DNA of 64,000 nt from Magallana gigas. Its lineage: Eukaryota. Each line of letters begins with the position of its first letter. The first letter of the stretch is position 1. Positions 23,401 through 36,600 of this stretch are shown piece by piece. Both the position numbers and the translations under genes were made by a program. A model generated the notes under the pieces. The model saw only the letters and a list, made by a program, of their open reading frames with translations, was not told the origin of the DNA and ran no database searches. The stretch is from assembly GCF_963853765.1 (NCBI RefSeq), contig NC_088854.1, positions 54,622,001 to 54,686,000 on the forward strand. Reading direction: 5' to 3'.

Positions 23401-25564
23401 GCATTGAGGACTCGAAGCCCCCAACAATGCCGCTGAAATTAGGTCGATCTTTCATCATATCGATGATTTTCTCTTCAGCCGCGGTTGGGGGCTTTGGTGG
23501 AGGGCCTCCGCCAGTGAGTTTAGCCTGTTTCCGTGCAGCGCTGAAACTTTTCTTGGCACTTTGCTGCAAGTTACCCCACTTGAATTTTACCTGGTCAACC
23601 GTGCGCCGCTGAATCCCCACTGCATTTATTATTTCGGTCACCTCTGCCCATTTTGCGTTCTTCCGCGAATTAGTAATCAAATTGCTTTGCTTTGCCTTCA
23701 AAACATCTTCATTTTTCTCAAAAAATTCAGTCAAAATACTGATTTCTGACAGTGACCAATTACTGCTTCTTTCTCGCTTAGTCGCCATTGTCACTGTCAG
23801 ACGGCAGGGTAAAGGCGCGTGCAGACGGCTTTAACGATGAGTTAACTAAGTTCGCTCTGTTAAATCCTAGTTAGCTAATAGACACTTAACAATATTTCGA
23901 GCAACCCAAAATTAACTCCTAGTTATGTAACTTGCCATTAAAAAATTAACAGCTAGTTACGGTTTTAACTAAGAGTTAATTTAACTGACGTTCGTGCAAC
24001 CGAATCCTGATCCCCATCCCTAATAAACTTGAAAATTAATTCATAAAACGCATAAAACCGTTGATCTCGTGCATGCTAAAGGGGAAGGAAACTAAAGATA
24101 TGTTGTACAATACATCAATTAATTATCATCTACAATAATTGTTAATCGTATTTATTTTCATTAAAAACCCCGGAACAATGAATAAATCAAGAAAATCGAT
24201 CGCTTAATTTAAATTTCCCGCCGCCATGGGGGCTGCGATTGAACTTTAATCTATGACGTCACACCATCTATTCCGGTTTGTCTTATCAACATAACATCAG
24301 TATATTCGCTCTAAATGACAAGTTCTGGAAAATTTGAAACAATATTGATTTGAGACCGTTCTTTTATCTTTGCAAACTACAAACTAACGTCAAATGGAGC
24401 ATGTTCGTTGAAATCTAAAAGTGGAGGTTAGTGTCGGAGAAATCTCCGCGTAAATGTGGAAATTGTCAACAGATGCCAAGTACCATAGAATATGTCTGCC
24501 GTCGTTATTTCGACATGGTAATTCCGACTTTAAAGAATGAATTTTAAACATCCCGATTACAATTATAACATTTATTCAGTTAGCGAAGAACTTGACTTGG
24601 AATAAAAAATTTAATCGAGGTCGTTTTCAGCTTTGAATGATAGCAAATTAACAGCTGTCATTTACTTATGAAAATGCATATATTTATGCATACAATGATA
24701 CATGTATTTATTCTTTAGATTGACGTGTGAACTCAAACATTATCAAATTTGTTTAGTCGATTATTTGAGTAACAGAAACTCAAAGGCATAAACCAGCGTT
24801 AATTATATTCAGAGCACTGTGTACATTCATTTGTATATGTAAACCAAACCGGAATAGATGGTGTGACGTCAAAATAATTAATTTTTTTGGTTTTTAATAC
24901 AAAAGAGTTCTACATCATGTCAGCCTCCAGTAAATACGATTTCTCCAACTTCAAACGTTCATTAAAGCTTAATTTCGTATTTTATTTTCAAAACAGCATG
25001 ACCACATGTGATAATTTACACCACTCTATTAAAATAAAAAAATTATGTTTTTGACTTTCCTTCCCCTTTAAGTTATATTTACTGATTGCTTTTTATCTAA
25101 CAAAAAACATTTCTCGTGTGTTTACAGGCATTACGGTATTTACGGACATCAGAGATCAAACCATTCATTATCTTCATCAAACCCCCGTCTTCCACTTGTT
25201 TTCTGGAATCACGGCTCAAATACAACGCCATGTTTACCAGCGAGGACGGCAGCGCCACTCCTTGTTCAGTAAGTTATCGGCCCTTGTTAATATATATTAA
25301 CATCACCCTCTTCCATTCAACAATTTCATCTCTTAAATCGTAGAATTTGCACATGTACATAAACTTTCTTTTTTGTCGTTTGGTAAGGAGGGCATCATAT
25401 CAGCTGTTATTGAAAAAAGTGCCAAACTTGAGAACAACTTTGGACATCTGTTTGATTTTGTTATTGTTAATGACGACATATCACGTGCTACGGAGGAGCT
25501 TATCAAGGTAGCGGGTAGTGTATCCAAAGATCTCCAGTGGGTGCCAGCTGCGTGGGTGGAATAG
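11978..25564 (+). CDS. MPP7: MAGUK p55 subfamily member 7-like (L27-L27-PDZ-SH3-guanylate kinase)
   Basis: Exons: 11978-12020 ([14 protein letters not shown]), 12225-12343 (L27), 12892-12969, 15078-15209, 15306-15387 and 15617-15702 (PDZ: [37 protein letters not shown]), 15946-16020, 16122-16318 (SH3: ALFSYDP..WWQA..GIIPS), 16416-16471, 16566-16652, 16735-16821, 17179-17259, 17603-17696, 17816-17924, 25128-25268, 25388-25564 (GK: [30 protein letters not shown]). Phases are consistent. Choice of paralog (MPP7 vs MPP3/4/5) is by resemblance; one expected L27 exon was not found. Confidence 0.88.
12330..12600 (+). repeat. degenerate ~50-bp tandem repeat made from the exon end plus splice donor
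   Basis: ggccaccatgaaa|gtaaga (12344) is re-echoed as ggccaccaggaaagtaagt (12400), gtcacttagaaagtaagt (12447), ggtcacaatgaaagtaagt (12518), and ggtcaccaagaaa..aaagtgaga (12571). Confidence 0.75.
14604..14921. mobile_element. TTAA-flanked MITE (Kolobok-like)
   Basis: TTAA at 14600-14603 and 14922-14925; TIR agtgacactgtga / tcaccatgtccct. Confidence 0.55.
17351..17407. repeat. (AG)n microsatellite
   Basis: Direct reading of the sequence. Confidence 0.95.
18362..21109 (+). CDS. Harbinger DDE transposase (HARBI1-like nuclease), 3 exons, ~339 aa
   Basis: Exons 18362-18571, 20024-20354, 20631-21109 join in frame. Motifs [89 protein letters not shown]. No internal stop. Element-borne, so no host gene symbol is given. 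Confidence 0.93.
21189..23788 (-). CDS. Harbinger Myb/SANT-like (trihelix) DNA-binding protein with C-terminal coiled coil; exon 2 problematic
   Basis: Exon 23788-23389 ([46 protein letters not shown]); candidate exon 22133-22023; exon 21702-21534 ([19 protein letters not shown]); exon 21383-21189 (heptad-rich [29 protein letters not shown]). Confidence 0.82.
22379..22712. mobile_element. poly-G/C-tract MITE nested in an intron of the Myb-like gene
   Basis: Ends aggcacctagcatcg / cgatgatacgtgtg are imperfect inverted repeats; shares ttgaaagtgggggg with the element at 50323. Confidence 0.5.
24080..25067. mobile_element. Kolobok-like non-autonomous element with internal 27-bp perfect inverted repeat
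   Basis: TIR aggggaaggaaa / tttccttcccct flanked by CTAA and TTAA; inner IR tgacgtcacaccatctattccggtttg (24254-24280) and its exact reverse complement (24845-24871). Confidence 0.7.
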
Positions 25565-27688
25565 AAAGACGGAAGTCTGAACCCCTCAAAATACTAGAAA
25601 TATGCATATCTGATAAATCAAAATAAATTGTTGTATATTATGTTGTTTTTTCAATTTTTATGCAAAGTGACAACGGTCAGCTGAAAAGGAGTAGGCCTAT
25701 AAGGAAGGTGGGTGAATATCATTTGTAATCTAATTTGGTTAAAATATGGACGTATTACACCATTTACAGGAATGTCTTGAAGTAATAAGTTTATAATTCC
25801 AATATTTCAAGAGCGTAAGTGTATTCTTCTTTAAGAACAGAAAATTATCATTCAATATTATTTCCATAAATTTTAAACTGTCAAACATCTAAATTTATAA
25901 TTAAAATTAAAAAATTAGATCCCACTTAAGTATCAGTAAATGTAAAAATAATCATTTAAAAAGAGGACAACTAGATTTATATCAGGTAAATCAATTTTTG
26001 TTTTAGTGTAAGAAACAGTCAATGGAGTGTACCCTTGCTCCAATTAAAAAAATGGTAAATAAATGTTAGTTTCGCGTTACTCGAATTTCTATTATTTAAC
26101 GTATGTAACTTAGCCACGCCTACTAACAGCTTTATTATTGGTTCACGTTTCTAGAAGTTGTCTTTCGTCGAACAAGATTGACTGAATATGAAAAAAAAAA
26201 TACCCCGAGTACAGTGTACATATATATTGTATATGTCACAGCACTTGGAAAATGAAGCGATCTCTGCAGGTCCAGTGACTGCAAAGTGCCCGATAATTCA
26301 CGATACCTTTTCCTCGCAGTCGGTATTGTGTTCAGCTTGTTATCAGCGAATCCAGACTTACCTATGAACACTACTGAACATTGCCTTCTATTTTAAGTGG
26401 TTTGAATAAACTATTTCAAAGATGCTGACCATCAAAGTCAAAACAGTCACAGTGTATATTTGAACTACATGTAGTATTACTTCTGATGTATTAATAAGAC
26501 GTTACTTTACTATGCAAATTGTCTATGACATATAGCATAATTACAACATTCTCATTTGAATTTCAATAAAATATGATTAAATTAATTAACGTTCTCAACC
26601 TACATGTAAATGGTTCTTTCATGTTGATCTTTTTGATAAGAAAGCTACCCACTCGATATTTAAGGATTCGTGTACCGTGTCTTTCGATAAATATATTCTA
26701 TTGTAACAAATAAATTCATTTTTAACACTTATGAATGGTTTTGCCATCTATCATTCAATTATGGCTAAATTAATTCATTAACACTATAAGGAATCCGAGG
26801 ATTTTACAAAAAATATGCAAGAAGCATTACCAATAGCCCTTGATTACGTGAATATTTTAATAAAAGGATTGGAAAATTTGCTGTAACAACAATTTAAACA
26901 AATTTAAGAAATTCTTCTGAACATATTGCAGGTATACATGTACCTATAACGATGTGTTAGAACAGTTACACGTGAGGTAGTTTAAACATTTACAGGTAAC
27001 ATAGACACACTATCTAAACGATCTACTAATATTAAATACCCGTACCATTTGCCAGCGAGGGGAGGCCACGCGCCATACGCTGGGACAATACCCGATCACA
27101 GACCTTGGAGATGATAAGAAAAAGGTTCCTTCATTTAGACACCGGGCAGTCATAAACAGTGGAGGTAGATTTATCCCGAAGCTATTTACACGATAAAGAA
27201 TAATATACTTAAACAGTTTCTTTATTAAGTTTTATCAAAGTTTCTTAAAATAAAAGAGTATTTATTGTTTGACTTTATTATATAAATTTTAAGATTCTAG
27301 CTGTATTGCCCTGGAAGTTTATTTTTTATTTAATATATAAATAAATTTTTTAGTTTCATAAACATTTTTTTATCCCAATTTGAAATATTCGATATATATT
27401 CAATTTGACCAATGCTTACACATGTACATGTATGTATAAGATAAGCAAGCAAAAAAATCTATGCGTTATTATTCTATGAGAATCATAACATTTAAGGCCG
27501 ATCTGTGATAACGGGGACACCATTATGACAATGGCGCGGTTATGATGCATTAAAAACAGATACAAGATAACAGGTGAACAATCAAGCTTTAATTAGGGTT
27601 GACATTGCCTATACGGACCGTCATGTCGACACAAACCCTCACCCAGAGGACAGCCACTAAGGGGATGTTGTAGTGCCATGTCGTCATT

Positions 27689-30600
27689 ATGGGATTACAT
27701 TGGACAACATTTCTATTTCTGGTAACACTTTCTTCCGTGGGTCACGTGATCGCTCTCTCTGTCGAGCCCGACTGTCTCCCGTACGAGCCCCCGGACTCGG
27801 ACAGTGTGTTCCTGGACAGTAATGTAGAACCACCAGGGTAAGAGAAACTAACCACGACAGAATATTGTTCAGAAAAATAACCATGGGAAAACATCGTGAA
27901 TTTTACTGTATTATAAATTGCTGCAATTTAATCTAATTACAAGAACTAAAGTCGTATCCATCAGTTTCATAGTATAAAGGAATTTGTCACCATTTTTAAC
28001 GTTTGGCTCACATTCAAAATAGTGTAACAGAATGAGATAACACTTTAGAGTCAGAGATTTGTGTTGTTTTAAACTTCTTTTAAACTTGTAGTCAAATTAT
28101 TACCGAACGTTTATGCAATATTAAACTGTTGGTGGGTTTTTTCCGCTATCTCTATTGGTTTGAAGAAACTCGTTTTGATTGTAGTATAAACGTGTGTTCA
28201 GTGAACTATACTCGGACCAAGACAGAAGACAGGCCGTGCGCCGGGATCCCCACCTCTAACTGTCCGGTGGACGTGTAAGTATTGCCGATTGTTGAAAGAA
28301 AATCAAACCACAGATACAGCACTTGATAGAAAATAACGCTTCAGCGATAGAAAAGACGATAGAAAATAACATTTCAACGATATAACAGTTATATGAAAAC
28401 AACACTTCACTTGTGGGACAATTGATAGAAAAAAAACACTAATATGTCAGTTGATAGGAAAAAAACGCACGTCTCTGATATGACAGTACATGTAAAATAA
28501 CTATTTATCTATAGAAGATTGAATAAAAAACCGAAACCAATTATAGTACAGCTGACAGAAAATCACATAGTTATTAGAAACACACGTCATAAACAAACAG
28601 AACCGATGGTAAAATATACAAAATATTACATATAAATAATGGAACAATCAACATAAAAATACACTTTAGTGATAAAACAAGTGAAAGAATATAACATTTG
28701 TTGACAGAATAATTGATAAAATATGGGCAACATTTTTGTCTTTAGGTCCAACAAATAATATGTTGTCTTTGTATCCAGTCAACAACTGAATAATATAACA
28801 TTTATAAAACAAAGATAGAAAATCTTCAATCAAAAGAAAGGCGTTTTTAAACTGAGTTATGTTACATTCATATTTATAATATTGCATACTTACTCATAAC
28901 ACCTTATAAAAACCTACTGTCCGATCCAGCAAGAGTATTGTTTGAAGAGAATCCCAATACACAGTTCAAGTGTCTAAGCAAGAGTAAATTGATAGACATA
29001 AAGTGTATTGCTCTGAATGAGAAAGAAGAATCATCATTGATTAAATTGATACTCTTTCTTAGGACGGTAATCTGTCCAAGTTACAAATGTTGTAAAGGGT
29101 ACTCCACAGAGTCGGACGCCGACACAGAATGTCCTGCAGGTACTTTATAATAATATGACAAAAAAACAAGACTTTATCCACATTGAAGTTTATAACCGCA
29201 TCACCGTTAAAAAATATAATTTGTGTGAAATGTGTCGATTTTGCAGCGATTTGTGATGGTCAGATCACAAGTACAGGTGCATGTCAAAATACAGCGGACG
29301 GTGGTCTATACCAGCTGATAAAAGGGACGAGGGTGTTCACGAGTAGTGGGCAATGTAACGAGCCCGAGGTCTGCTCTAATTGTGGCTCGGGCTTTTATGC
29401 AGATGGACCCAAATGCAAAAGTAAAGTATATTTGGTCCTCTTTACTTCATCGGTTACAAAAACGTTGAAACAAGCAATACGTGTATTATTAATGCAAAAA
29501 AATACTTAAGATTAATGATTGTAATACAAATCATATTGAAAATAAGATTATATTCAATGGAAAATAGCTTGAAAACTCACAACTTCAAAAAATGTAAATA
29601 AAGGTATCATTCCATATAATAATATTCAACATGGAATTCTTCTTCATAATTTTAAAATTCATTAGATAAGGAATTGAAGAATCTTGATAAAAAGAATGTT
29701 TTTTGGTGAACAGTCTGTGCAGCCATTGCAAATTGCGAGCATACAGAGTGTTCGAATGGAACCTACACCCAATGTGTTCAATGTGAAGGGACGGTAATTA
29801 ACGCAGTGTACGGGCGAGCCTTGACCCCAGCGGCTGACAACGGTCAATCTTGTCAAGGCAAGACACTTAGAGCAATAAATAACTAAATGTGATGATTTTA
29901 TTGCTAGATGGAAAATACTTGAGAATCTTATTGCAAACTTACAACATGTTTAATATTAATTCTTTTTAATTACCCCCATCTGCTTACTGGTTATAATTGT
30001 CATTTAGAATAAGTGAGAGAGTGAAAGTTTGTGTTCTGTCTTTTCTGTGTTTCTCTTAATTCATCGAACAAATGTACTTGTAATAAAAATAAAGCATTGA
30101 AAAAATATTTTAATAACTAAACTTACTACACTCTATGAATATTTTGTAAAGGCAAGATATTAAGAGCAATATATAACTAACTTACAAACATCTACAATCG
30201 TGAACATCGCGTCAAGACAAGTTTTAAATGTTTATGAATCACTGTTACCCCATCTGAGTTTCCATACGCTTGTAATTGAAATATTTCGTACATCATTTTA
30301 AGTGACATGTTCATGGAGAAGTGACAGCACACGATGCTACCCCGGGACTTGTCAAGATGAGCTAGCAACCAACTGTAACTGCTCCACCGGGTTTAGTGGC
30401 ACGCACTGCGAAAAAAGTAAATACCCTTGGCTCCATATTTGTTTTGTGCTAGTATTTTTTAAAACTTTTGCGTGACTAACGTTTTTCAAACTTTCTAATT
30501 TTTAGTTACGGAACCAGTTTCTGTGACTTATAATGAAGCAGCATTAGAATTTGGAATCAGCACCAGCAAAAATCCTACCGATCCTAATAATGTCACCCAA

Positions 30601-33600
30601 CCACAGCCAACGATATGGGCGAATGAACTGCAGTTTAACACCCTCAAGACCAGGATAACAGCTTCCTGGGTTCCATCGGTAACGCCTCCGGATATTACGA
30701 ACCATTACGTCACAGAGTTCCAAGTTGGTCTTGTAGAGGGCTCCGTCGATTATGAACTCACACAAGGTAGTGCTTGACAATACATCATTAGACATATTTT
30801 GAATTTAAACATTTTAATAATGCACAAATCATGTTGCATCTTTAAGCACTGAAAGGATTACTATATATGGTATGTTTTCTGTAGCATCTGGCCTTTTGGT
30901 GACCGGTACCAAGAGTTGTAGCGACCTCACCGTACTGGCCCCAAAGACGTCCGCTTACACCTGTGAAGTGGACTTTACGTTTGCTAGTTTGTTCAGTCAC
31001 AATGACACGTACGTAGAGAGTATTTCAGTCATTCTATACTGTATAAAAGAGTAAAATCCGTATCAGTTATCAGTGTCATTACCTTAGTTTACTCAATAAA
31101 ATTATCATAAAGATGTAATTTTCAACTAGGTTGAAGTGGTCCTACAAAATGAAAAATGGTGGATTTGTCAAAGTTTTGAATAGAGAAACATCCACTGAAG
31201 ATATATTTTACTACGAAGGACAAGAATCTACGGCTAGTTACATTTACCACTTCGACTCGGTAAAACCAACTTCCGGTAGTGATGAGCCGCTGGTCGCACC
31301 CGACCTTACAAACATGGTAATACTCCTTTCTTCAAACTAGTAAATAAGGTTATCAAAATATAATTGAGTATATACCAGGTCTCGTTCTGATTCCAAATGA
31401 ATATCTGTTGTTCTTAGTCCCTGATTACGATAACGTGGAACAACTGGACAGATGACCTGTCGGGAATATCTCATTTTGAATATGAGCTCACAGATATCGG
31501 ATACGGAACGACAACGCTTGTGAAAAAGGTCTCCAATATCACTGCTGATGTTGAATCGGTATGATACTACTCTTTTCTCATTTCATTAGTGCATACTAAT
31601 TCTGTATGTGAACTTTGTTAAACGCATATTTTTTTTTTCTATTTTCACAGGAAACATTTACAGCTCCTGCTGACGGGCTTTACCAAGTTGTTCTTACATG
31701 CTACGATCTAGCCGGGAATTTTAAGTCTGCCCGACAAATATTTCTCTATGACAGTTCCTCTACAATCGACATCACCCCAGGTCATAAGATTTCTGACTCG
31801 TTGTCCTCCACAAACACTACCCACACGTGGGTCGTCACCCCCGCCACTAGTGTGACGATAGAGTGGGATGGACACTTTGTGAACACCCGCCATAAAAACA
31901 ACCAGTGGCTGACGGGTGTGAAGGCCTATGGTGGGATAGACAAGACTTCTAAATATGAAGACAGTACAGGAGTTATTACAATTAACAGCATTGATCATGA
32001 GGACGGTAAGTGATGAGTACTAAATAAAAAACGTGTTCGAATGGTTTTGAATTTGAAGAATATCTACATTACACAATTCTATCTTTGTCTAGGTATCACT
32101 GATTTTAAAGTAAAATTGGAAGTAAACAAGGACGAAACAACAGTGACGCAACACATTGCAGAGTATTCAGTGTTCAACATCCACAAACAGTCGGAGACAT
32201 TCACAGGAATCACGTGGGGCGATGGAGATCGCATGAAGATAACAGTGACTGCTTTTGACATAATGGGCACGACTCGAGAAGACAATGTTGTACTGTACAA
32301 AGATATGACACCCCCGAATATTACAAATCTATGGCTAACCCAAGATGACGAACTTGGTGTAAATGTGTTTGGTCTGACAGATTTTAATAAAATGACGTAA
32401 GATGTAGTAGAATTTTAAACTCAATTTAGCTCATTATTAATTATATCAATCTGGATGCTACAAACCTGTTTTGTATGTGATATATAACCTTTTTTGCAGC
32501 ATTGAGTGGTCAGCAGAAGATCTACATAGTGGCTTAGATAGTATAACGTGGAGAATATACGATGCAGATGACACCACATTGCAGCATGGAATAGAACATG
32601 TTCCTCCTCAAGGAAATTCAGAGGTTCTTTGCAAACTCCAATTCTAAATTCGTTGATAAACACTGTACTTGTATATGGTTAAAGTCCGGTGTATTAATTC
32701 TATTGTTTGCAACTGCAGAATATGACAGACTGTATCTACAAGTATCAGACAACTGCACGTGGAGCAGATTGTTATTGCACTGCATTTGTTGGTTGCTTCC
32801 ATCGCCATTTTGTTGTCAAACCAACCGTCCCTAGCAACGGTCTTCAGGGTGTCCATGATGCAGATTATTTCATAGAAGTGGTGGCTACCAACAAGGCACA
32901 GCTCCAAACAGTAGCACAGACAAGAGTAAGAACATATAGACTTGTGGATTTTGTTTTCATAAAGGATGGAAACATCTTAACTTTTTGTATACTTATGCTG
33001 TACTTCTGTTGTGTGAATAGATCAGTGTTGATACAACCCCGCCCCATGCAGGGTTCGTTATGGATGGGTCGCTTGGACAAGATGAGGTCGATTACCAGCA
33101 AGGAATGACTCTGCAAGCTCATTGGTCGGGCTTCTTCGACAGAGAAAGTGGCGTTCGCTTCTATCAATATGGTTTCTCCACTGAATGTTTAAAATCTGAA
33201 AACTTTTCTCTCGTTGCCAACAGCAGCACTATTGTAAGTCTTTTTGTATGTAGTACATTTTTCTGAATTGAATTAATTTTTGTACTTATTAATAAAAACA
33301 TTAACGTTTGTGCATGTAAGTTGGATTTTATGTTTCAGGTTAAAACAACCATGTCCAATGATGCAAGCATGACAGTGACATCAGAGGATACTTATTACAT
33401 CACAGTTGTTGCGTACAACGCCGCATTCATGCCCTCAGACCCAGTTTGCTCTGATGGAGTGACCATAGACACAAGTGACTCTCATATCAAAGAATTGTCT
33501 ATTAGTAACGCTCGAGTCAGAGGAGGGTTGGTCGTAGCCTCCGGGGAGTACTGGATGATCTCTGACGACCGATCCAGGAAGAGGATATACAACACAACAA

Positions 33601-36600
33601 GCTGCAGGTTCAATGTCATGCTATAATTTGAAGTTATCTATTCTCAAAGATAATATATTAACAGCTGTTTTCTTAATATTGTTACAGTTCCAAAGCCACC
33701 GCCATTACAGGCTTGGATTTGATTCCCATTGAGAGAGACCCTGATGGTAATATCATGGAGGTTGATGGAGATTCGGTTTGTGCGAGTACAGCAGGTGCCC
33801 CCGCAGATCTGACCCCTGTCCTCTCAAGTGCTACAACGGTGCGGTTTGTATACGTATATAATTCTAAAAAAATAGTTGCATACCTAAAAGAAGTATGCTT
33901 AAAAATAGAAATACTGGTTTAACAAGAGAAATACAATCGTATTATATTTTAGTATCACCTGGATTGGTTAGAAAATGCCGGAAAAAGTGGGATTTATAAC
34001 TTCGAATTCGGAATAGATTCTACCCCAAACAGTGCCAGCCCATCCATTTTGCCGTTTACATCAACTGAACACCACCCTAGCTTCAGACTTCCGGCAAATC
34101 TGCTGCCCCTCAATTCTGAATTTTATTTAACCATCAAAACCATCACCAAAGCAAACAAAGAAAGCATTCAGGTATAGTGGTTATAACAAGGATCGCTCCT
34201 CGAGAATAATTTTCATTGAAAAATGTGTAAGTGTTCATTTCTGTACTTCATTTTTTGAAGAGTGTGAAATGTATCCTGGATGTCACGGCACCAGTTTTTA
34301 CTGGCACAGTGACAGTCTCGATCAGTAGCGACAACAAATACCTCACGGCGTCATGGCTGACAGCAATCACCGATACAGAAGATCCGTTTGAATTAGATAT
34401 AGAATTTGCAATAGGTATGTAACAATATATTTCCAGTTCTACCATAAACTGCAGTAGACAGTAAGCATGACAATTTATTTGGTTTACAACATCACGTTCT
34501 AAATTTAGGAACTGAGGAGTACGGAACACAGATTCAGAAGTTCAGTCCTCTTCAAACTGGAGGAAGTTGTACGTCACTGAGCCCCGCCCTTTGTACAGGT
34601 GTCGCTATAGACTCATTGGACTGGGATCTGCATGGCTTCCACGTGTATTACGTCACTGTCAAGGCTACGAACAGGGCAATGCTGTCTACACAAGCCGTGT
34701 CGCCTCCATATGAACACGGAATACAAAAAGTCACTGCTGGATTAGTGATCGAAATACCACCAGCGGTTAGAAGATACACGAAATTTCAAAAGAATTATCA
34801 ATTTTAGAAACTACGAAATAAAGAAATAAGTATCACTATTAAATAAGTATATTCTTGATTATTCTTATTCTTACAGGATAATAGGCCATACATTCCAGTA
34901 CTGGTAAGATTTACCTGTAACTTTACTGAAATTTGTTATATTTTATGGGCTAATATTTATTGAAAAAAGCATTGTTTTAAAATATTAATTAATGTTATGT
35001 CGTTTAAGGATATTGAGGACATCGATTTTCAAAGCGAGACAGACAAGATTTCTGCGCGGTGGAGAGGTTTTTATCACCCACATTCAAACGTGACTTTCAC
35101 GATGTCGGTTGGCTCCACTAAAGGAGGGACTGATGTGGTGAATGCCCAGAATGTGGGGACTAACACCAAGTACACCCTCACCGGCCTCTCCCTGACCAAC
35201 TTACAAGTAAGAATAAGAGATCTCGCGAACAGTGGGGATGACTTAAGGGGTATTAATAAAAATATATATAATTATTAGAAAATCACAGTGCGTAATTATT
35301 ATATTGAAACCTAGGTATAAAAGCACATAACATCCAACACAGTTTAGACTGTTGACGTCAATAAAATCGTATCTTAAATGTCATAATTGCAAATTATTAT
35401 TCACCATTTGACTTTCCCAATAAGCAAAGTTGAAAAATCAAAACAAATTACGAAATCTTTGTTTTGAAGACGTATTACGTGAGCATCACGGCGTCTACGC
35501 CCTATCAAGATACCACTGTGACGTCAGACGGAGTGACGGTGGTACAGGACAATACACCGCTTTCTTCTGTCACCATTAATGACGGCGTACCATGCACCAT
35601 GAATGGTAAGAAGTTCTAATTTAAATGGAATTGGTTAGATAAACATCTTTGTTTATCAGGTGTTTTGTTTTCCTCAAAATCGATACACTCGTTTTCTCGT
35701 TCTTTTTAGTTGACAACAATATGACGGTCTTTACCCATCATGACGTGGTAGGTTAAAATGACGTCAAAAATCAACGTTTATCATTTAGTTCTTTATAAAA
35801 CATAAAAAAGAAGATATGGTTTGAAATTTACCGTAACAATCTTATCATAGGACAATCGTAAGAAGTGTGAGGATGACATTGACTACCAATCGTCCTTCAC
35901 GACGCTGTCGGCTCACTGGGACATCCCCGCGGGCGAGGACCACTACCTCACCGACGTCTTTATCAAGGTCGAAGTAAAGAATGGAGGTCAGATACTAAGA
36001 ATTGATACAATATTCACCGCTATTGGATAATACTTTGGTTTCATCAATATTCGTTGATTACCAATTTTCGTATGTTCATTGAATGAAGTGCAGGTTCTAA
36101 TTACATAATTATTGTATTTTAAAATAAGATTATTGGCCACGAATTTACCTATCTTCTCATAATTAACAACGAAAAGGAATGTTCACTCATATAATAAAAT
36201 CACAGTATCTTAACAACAGTGTTTTGTCATTTTTTGTCCATTTGGCTGTCGAGATAAGAGAAAAAATAATGAGAGTAATGATATGTTTTTATGGATGTAA
36301 AAATCAAGACTGACTTACATAAATCTATAGGGTCCTGGTCAGGAGTGACACAGTGGGTGTACCTGATGACCCACTACCACCACACCTTCACCGGCCTGAA
36401 CCTCTCTCCGGGCCACACCTACAGGTCCTCCGTCAAATTCTGTGCCAGACTCTTCTGTTTTGTCCCTTTTAATAGCAATGGTGTAACAGTACTGGCTAAT
36501 AACCCTATTACTGGAGCCCTGACTATAAACCACCAAGGTTCCGGAACTGAAACGGTTAGTTGGAAAATTTTACTTGAGATATTTGTTAATAAATGATAAA

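Larger units (their letters stand above)
18163..24006. mobile_element. PIF/Harbinger DNA transposon, full-length structure
   Basis: 29-bp TIR GATCCGGTTGCACGAACGTCAGTTAAATT with one mismatch at the right end (…AATTTAACTGACGTTCGTGCAACCGAATC); flanked by CAG / CTG (CWG-type target); encodes both canonical Harbinger proteins. Confidence 0.93.

Noticed and set aside
26135-26400. Minus-strand GTAAGT donor and 78-aa ORF suggesting an antisense gene
   Set aside because: Isolated signal, with no partner exons or recognisable protein.
28185-28202. TATAAA plus TCAGT as promoter of the giant gene
   Set aside because: Spacing is wrong, and the bases are the start of coding exon 2 (GINVCSV).
28321-28620. 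Repeat-spacer-like pattern as CRISPR
   Set aside because: Units are degenerate and irregular, the context is a eukaryotic intron, and there are no cas genes.
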